Of a DNA stretch of 64,000 bases, positions 58,946 through 64,000 are shown piece after piece. Made by a program: the position numbers and the translations under genes. The DNA is taken from contig JAVLKG010000002.1 in the NCBI GenBank assembly GCA_032128875.1, positions 736,001 through 800,000 of the forward strand, read 5' to 3'. Under the pieces are notes generated by a model. It was given only the letters and a program-made list of their open reading frames with translations, made no database searches and had not been told where the DNA came from. Numbering within the stretch: the first letter of the stretch is position 1; each line of letters opens with the position of its first letter. Source of the DNA: Candidatus Melainabacteria bacterium 17Bon1m (GTDB lineage Bacteria; Cyanobacteriota; Vampirovibrionia; Obscuribacterales; Obscuribacteraceae).

Positions 58946-60886
58946 CTACTCTGCCTGCGCGCCTTCTGATTTGGAAACATCCGCCTGCGTTACTTGAGAT
59001 TTGTCCTCAGTCGTCTTCGCGGATGCTTCCTGCGTTTGCTGCATGCCTTTTACTACACCGTCCATCCAGCCGAGCACCCCAAGGGTCAAATCGTCTTTGA
59101 ATTGTCCAGCTTCAAAAATCAGATGCTCTGTGTTTCCTATGATCACAATACTTTTGTTTGGTGTTGAAAGCGCATCAAATAAATCCAGTGTTCCACTTTC
59201 TTTCACCAATTTGTCATTGTGACCTTGAAACAAAATCACAGGCTTTTGCGCGATTTTCTTCGCGGCGTCGAAATTTTCATTCATGAATTTGTTGAACTGA
59301 AGAAGCTCTTCGGCCGAAAGATTCAACCGCGCGAATGGATCGTTAAGCCATTCGTTTCGCAGCGCCTCACTGCCGGTCGCCTGATGTACAACCGACTTTC
59401 CAACCGCAATTGGTTTGGTTTTGTCAAGCAAAAGCTCGGTCCCAACTTTTAGTGCGGTGCCGATTGTCTTATGGCGAGCTCCGGACGGAACAGAGCAAAT
59501 CAACCCATCCACTATGTCTGGTGCTTCTGACACTACGCGCAGTGCAATAGCGCCGCCCATAGATTCGCCCAGGATGAATAAAGGATATTTAGCATAGTCG
59601 GCGCGCAACTTCGCCGTTACTTGTTTTAGATCCTGCACGCACTCGTTTAGAGAGACTTTCTCCAAACCACTGGCGTCCACATAGGTTCCAAAACCGCGTA
59701 CATCAAATGCAACGGTGATTACGCCTTCTCTAGCTACGCGCTTTGCAAATGATTCAAAAGACTTGTGGTGCAAACCAAGACCATGAACACAGACGAGTAC
59801 AAACCTTGTCGGAACATCCGGGTCCATCCAGACATATCCGGGAGCCTCAGACTGCTTAAATTGTCTGCGCCATGGGGTGAAGATCATTGCTGGCGCAAGC
59901 GTGACCTTTGAAGCGTACGAACTGTTTTTGCCATCAATCGGATCTGGTGGCACTACTCCGGCGACTGCACCAAAAACACCAGCATTAATTCGTTGCACCA
60001 CATCTGGTGCAACTTTTCCGTTTTTCTCTTTTACGTAATCGGCGAAAATACGTTTTGCATTGGTATCGCGAAAAATGTAAATCGCTCGCTCATAGCACTT
60101 CTTAGCTTCGTCAGTTCTCTTTAGTTTTTCCAGCGCAAGCGACATTTGCAGAATCGCCCAGCCTGCATCAATGTCATCGGGTCCATAGAAGTGACGACAA
60201 AATCGATAAAGCTCATCGTAGTATTTCAAGCTCGCCTGATAATCACCTTGATGCCACTTGACCCCAGCCATGCCTGCCAGCGCGATTCTGGCAATGATGC
60301 TCATATCGGCTGGAATGAGCTTATCCAGGGTTTGCTGATAGAGCTGTTCTGCTTCTTTTAATTCCCCTTTTCCAAACTTGCCCTCGGCCATGCCAAGCTT
60401 GATCATTGAAGTTGTATAGGATTTACCGTTATTCAACTTGTCGGCTTTGGCGCTCAACTTGTATGTTTCATCGTGGTTTTTGCGGTAATAGCAAGCAGCA
60501 AGATCCATCAATGAATCTGAATCTTCTCGTGACTTCACAAGTTCTTCAAAAATTTGTTTGCCCTTCGCAGCCGTCTTTGGTGATTGAAGATAGATAACTG
60601 CTAAATCACGAAGTCGCCCTTGATCTTTCGGATTAGCCTTCACCTCAGCTTCCAGAGTTTTCAGTTCGTAGTCGCTGTAAGTTCTCGGTCTAGCGTCATT
60701 GTTTGAATTGGAAGAAACGGAACCTGCTTGAGAGTTTGTCTGCGAAACTTCAGTTTGAGACTTTACACTTGAGTCTTCAGCCGAGTCATCGCTGGTTTGA
60801 GCCAACGAGTAGGATGAGTTGAAAACTGAGCTCAAAAACGAAATCGCACAGCAGACGACGAAACTGTTGCGTGTGTGAATGTTCAT
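58946..60886 (-). CDS. Secreted TPR + alpha/beta hydrolase (lysophospholipase-like) protein
   Basis: Signal peptide; TPRs; HGLG, DVRGFG, GESMGG and EH. Confidence 0.85.
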   Translation of the reverse strand: MNIHTRNSFVVCCAISFLSSVFNSSYSLAQTSDDSAEDSSVKSQTEVSQTNSQAGSVSSNSNNDARPRTYSDYELKTLEAEVKANPKDQGRLRDLAVIYLQSPKTAAKGKQIFEELVKSREDSDSLMDLAACYYRKNHDETYKLSAKADKLNNGKSYTTSMIKLGMAEGKFGKGELKEAEQLYQQTLDKLIPADMSIIARIALAGMAGVKWHQGDYQASLKYYDELYRFCRHFYGPDDIDAGWAILQMSLALEKLKRTDEAKKCYERAIYIFRDTNAKRIFADYVKEKNGKVAPDVVQRINAGVFGAVAGVVPPDPIDGKNSSYASKVTLAPAMIFTPWRRQFKQSEAPGYVWMDPDVPTRFVLVCVHGLGLHHKSFESFAKRVAREGVITVAFDVRGFGTYVDASGLEKVSLNECVQDLKQVTAKLRADYAKYPLFILGESMGGAIALRVVSEAPDIVDGLICSVPSGARHKTIGTALKVGTELLLDKTKPIAVGKSVVHQATGSEALRNEWLNDPFARLNLSAEELLQFNKFMNENFDAAKKIAQKPVILFQGHNDKLVKESGTLDLFDALSTPNKSIVIIGNTEHLIFEAGQFKDDLTLGVLGWMDGVVKGMQQTQEASAKTTEDKSQVTQADVSKSEGAQAE

Positions 60887-61150
60887 CGCTAGTCTCCCTA
60901 AGGCTTGCTGAGTGCTCGTCTAAGGACTATCACCGTCTGGTCATGACCTTGCGGCTCCCTGTATACCATAAAGAGCGTCAGGCCGGCTTTGGGTTCAAAA
61001 TTAAAAGCTGGCTTCTGGAAGTAGGAATCTATCGTTCACGAAAGTCTGGGCGTGAACAAAGCAGTCCCAATAATCGACTATTTCCCTCCCTACTTCGCCT
61101 AATTTTCAGGGCGCTGTCAGTAGATGCAATACCCCCCCTGAGAGGCGAAT

Positions 61151-61726
61151 ATGAAAGTACTTAGCACCGCGATTTTTTTGATTTGTGCATTGTTTTTTTG
61201 CATGCAGGCACGCCCTGTTTCAGGCTTTGAAATAGCGCGTAACGCCTACCAGGCTGAGTACAAACTCACTAGCAGCGTGGGCACGAGCCAGCACCTTTTG
61301 GCATTTGACGGCAATGGGCATGGTCGCTCTGAAATAGGTGGAAATGGCACCAAGAACGTCTCGATTATCGATTACAACCAAAGGAAAGTTCTTATTTTGA
61401 TGGCTGGCATGAAGTCTGCAATGACCATTCCTCTCACTGATGCACAGTTGTCTGCCATGGGATCAATTACCGAGAAAATGAAAGCAGGAGCTAAGCCGCT
61501 CGGATTCAAAACAATTGCAGGGCACCCATGCACCGGCACGCGATACAACCTGGAAGGCGGTGCCGTGGAAGAACTCTGGAACGGCAATGACATTGGGGGC
61601 GTGCGAGTTTATAGCAAGGTCATCGCGCCTGGAGCGGGAGTAAGTGAGGCTCTCCTTGTCAAATTCAACCCATCAGCCCCCCCGGCAAGCCTTTTCACCA
61701 TTCCGGCTGGCTACTCAGTCAACTAA
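61151..61726 (+). CDS. Secreted hypothetical protein (DUF4412-like)
   Basis: Signal peptide; LGFKTIAGHPC..Y and C-terminal LFTIPAGY. Confidence 0.7.
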   Translation: MKVLSTAIFLICALFFCMQARPVSGFEIARNAYQAEYKLTSSVGTSQHLLAFDGNGHGRSEIGGNGTKNVSIIDYNQRKVLILMAGMKSAMTIPLTDAQLSAMGSITEKMKAGAKPLGFKTIAGHPCTGTRYNLEGGAVEELWNGNDIGGVRVYSKVIAPGAGVSEALLVKFNPSAPPASLFTIPAGYSVN

Positions 61727-61736
61727 GGAAGCACAA

Positions 61737-62582
61737 ATGAATTTCGCAAACCATACTTCAAAGATTCTCTTACTGTCACTCTCAGTCGCTGTGCTATCTG
61801 GATGCAGTTTTAACGAAGAAGGTGTACTAAAGAACAGAATAACTGTGCTTGAAGCAGAAAACAGAGCGCTTAAGCGCGAGTTGGAAACGGAGCGACAAAA
61901 GGTGATAGCGGACAGAAGTCCTAGCTCTGATGCATCCGTTTTCACAGATTTAGGAAGTGCTCCCACTGCAGATATGATTTCTGAGCTAGCGCGTCTTAAC
62001 GTTTTTTCTGGTGAGGGTAGTACTTTCAGACCCGGTCAAACTATAACTCGTGCCGAGTATTGCCACTGGCTTTTCAATGCCTATAATGCGCTTGTGCCAG
62101 AGGAAAAACAGATCAGATTCAATCCTTCTGCACCACAAACATTCTCAGATTGTCCGCCTGAGCATCCGCTCTATAAGTATGTCCAAGCTTTAGCAGGCGC
62201 CGGCTATTCAATAGGATACGAAGACGATACATTCCACCCGGATCAGTCGCTAACCAGAGAAGAGATGCTCGGAATCAAGTTAGGTGTCGACGTTGGAAAG
62301 AAGTTGGATCCGTGGCGTTCGCAAATGGAGGCAGTATGGAAATTCAGCGATGGCAAAGAAGTCGCTGAGAGATTTACTGGTTATGTTCATCAAGACTTCT
62401 ACGTCTCTGGTCCTCACGGTAGCAACATCCAGAGGGCTTTTGGCAAAATAGGCGCCTTCCATCCGAAGCAAGCAGTATTGCGTGGAGAAGCCGCCGCCAC
62501 TCTGTGGCAATTCGGTCAGTTTGGATTTACTCAGCCCACAACTGCCGCAGCATCAATAAAGCTCAAAGCAGAGCATTCCTAA
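61737..62582 (+). CDS. S-layer homology (SLH) domain lipoprotein
   Basis: Lipobox LSGC; FRPGQTITRAE, FHPDQSLTREE and FHPKQAVLRGE. Confidence 0.85.
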   Translation: MNFANHTSKILLLSLSVAVLSGCSFNEEGVLKNRITVLEAENRALKRELETERQKVIADRSPSSDASVFTDLGSAPTADMISELARLNVFSGEGSTFRPGQTITRAEYCHWLFNAYNALVPEEKQIRFNPSAPQTFSDCPPEHPLYKYVQALAGAGYSIGYEDDTFHPDQSLTREEMLGIKLGVDVGKKLDPWRSQMEAVWKFSDGKEVAERFTGYVHQDFYVSGPHGSNIQRAFGKIGAFHPKQAVLRGEAAATLWQFGQFGFTQPTTAAASIKLKAEHS

Positions 62583-62591
62583 TCATCGTCG

Positions 62592-62890
62592 GTAATTTCG
62601 CGGTGGCGAGACAGGAGAATTTCCACGAACAAACGAAGCGATCTTCAGGCTTGGCTTTATAATGTTGCCGATCACGGACGCGAAAAGAAACATACGGCGA
62701 ACCGCGCCTGCGACCAAATGAATGCGGTAATCAATTACGGTACACGTAAAGACCTGAAGCGATGAATGCTCGATTGACGCAGGACTCGGTCAGGCAAGCG
62801 CTGATCTTGACTCAAGCTGCTTTGGCGAATCCGAAAGAGATGTTCAAAAACACTGACAATGTTATCCCTCTGGACGGGGCTGGCGCCTAG
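62592..62890 (+). pseudogene. Tyrosine recombinase/integrase remnant (internally deleted)
   Basis: 62592-62765 reads ISRWRDRRISTNKRSDLQAWL...HTANRACDQMNAVINYG; 62762-62890 reads (MN)ARLTQDSVRQAL...NVIPL. Confidence 0.55.
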
Positions 62891-62957
62891 ATTGTCGCCT
62901 TACGACAGTGTGGAAATCACGCTATTCATGGAAAGGCGCTTGTTATAAGCTCTTATT

Positions 62958-64000
62958 ATGAGAACTATTGTCTTTGTTGCTATGTTTTGCTTTTGCTCAG
63001 GGCTTGTCTGCGGATGGGCACCGGTGTTTCGAGAAGACGTGTCCTCTAGGTTGGCAGAAGCAATTCTGAAAGATGAAACCTACGTTGGTTATTGCGAACG
63101 CGGCATTAAGAAGCTGGATCGGGGCGACTATAGTGCCGCTATCTTGGACTTCAACCAATCAATTCGACTAAATCCACGGCACGGCAGAGCATTTCATAAT
63201 CGCGGTAATGCAGAAGAGTATCTTCACGACTACAAAAGTGCATTAAGGGACTTCGCTCGTGCCATCGAGCTAAACTATCAGAACGCATACTACAATCGCG
63301 CTGCGCTTCGCTCAAAGTTAGGCGACAAGCGTGGCGCAGTCGCTGATTTGACGCAGTGCATCTTGCACAAGAACTTGTTGATTGATAGTCATGCTTGTCG
63401 AGGCTGGGAACTTGAGTTATTGGGCGATAAAAAAGCTGCCATGGATGACTTTCTGTATGTTCAGAAAAGCAAACCTGTTGAAGCCTCAGAATTTGGAAAT
63501 CGAGCATGGGTATTGGCTCATCTTGGCGATCATATCGGCGCGATTAAAGATTTCGATTTGGCTCTCAAACTTAACCCAGAGAGTAGTTGGGCTTTTGATA
63601 AAAGAGGCTTATCAAAGCAAGCGCTAGGAAACAGTGTCGGAGCAGTGCAAGACTTTGAAGAGGCTGTGCGTTTGAGTCCCCATTTTGCATTTGCTCACTA
63701 TGATCTTGGCGCAGAAAGGTTGAACTCACATGATTACCGAAGCGCGTTGAGTGAATTCAATAGGGCAATCGCTTGCGATTCAGATGTCGCCATTTTTTAT
63801 TCTGGACGCGCAGTTGCATATGCCCATCTGGAAAAATTACAGGCTGCAAAAGCTGACTATCTCAAGAGGCTCAAACTTGACCCCGCGAACCCCTCGCATC
63901 CATTGCAGTGGCTTGCTGAGACACAATTTGAACTTGGCGAGTTTCGAGAAGCGCTGGTCACCTACAATAAAGCAATATTTGCTGATCCGAAAAAAGCATG
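62958..64000 (+). CDS. TPR-repeat protein (runs off the window end)
   Basis: Frame from ATG 62958 (MRTIVFVAMFCF..., YCERG...DYSAAILDFNQSIRLNP, AFHNRG, YYNRA); absent from the ORF track, consistent with no stop before the window end. Confidence 0.88.
   Translation, partial: MRTIVFVAMFCFCSGLVCGWAPVFREDVSSRLAEAILKDETYVGYCERGIKKLDRGDYSAAILDFNQSIRLNPRHGRAFHNRGNAEEYLHDYKSALRDFARAIELNYQNAYYNRAALRSKLGDKRGAVADLTQCILHKNLLIDSHACRGWELELLGDKKAAMDDFLYVQKSKPVEASEFGNRAWVLAHLGDHIGAIKDFDLALKLNPESSWAFDKRGLSKQALGNSVGAVQDFEEAVRLSPHFAFAHYDLGAERLNSHDYRSALSEFNRAIACDSDVAIFYSGRAVAYAHLEKLQAAKADYLKRLKLDPANPSHPLQWLAETQFELGEFREALVTYNKAIFADPKKA

Noticed and set aside
63151-63627. ORF-track calls 63151-63507 (-) and 63382-63627 (+)
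   Set aside because: Both lie within the TPR reading frame starting at 62958.

Overview
Gene-dense bacterial chromosomal window with about 48 CDS. I found no rRNA, tRNA, CRISPR array or intact mobile element. The protein style (many TPR/WD40/EF-hand orphans, SLH lipoprotein, REC-Ser/Thr kinase fusion) suggests a non-photosynthetic cyanobacterial relative (Melainabacteria/Vampirovibrionia-like); this is inference only. Recognisable genes: ABC1/UbiB kinase, glutathione peroxidase, Lrp plus aminotransferase, TrhO, flap endonuclease, a TetR-EmrB-EmrA-TolC efflux operon, two histidine kinases, citrate synthase and GTP-dependent PEPCK. Main signals: (1) a beta-barrel-like ORF whose apparent N-terminus (signal peptide + QG) is separated from the body by one in-frame TGA at 39345, followed by a SECIS-like hairpin, making it a candidate exported selenoprotein; (2) two copies of a TetR-type operator in the efflux operon; (3) an SD-sequestering multi-hairpin leader before an NmrA/SDR gene; (4) a calpain-like domain lacking its catalytic residues; (5) DUF488-DUF5131 and SWIM-DUF6493-like gene pairs; (6) an unannotated, internally deleted tyrosine-integrase relic at 62.6-62.9 kb. 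All family calls come from motif recognition by eye, not database searches.
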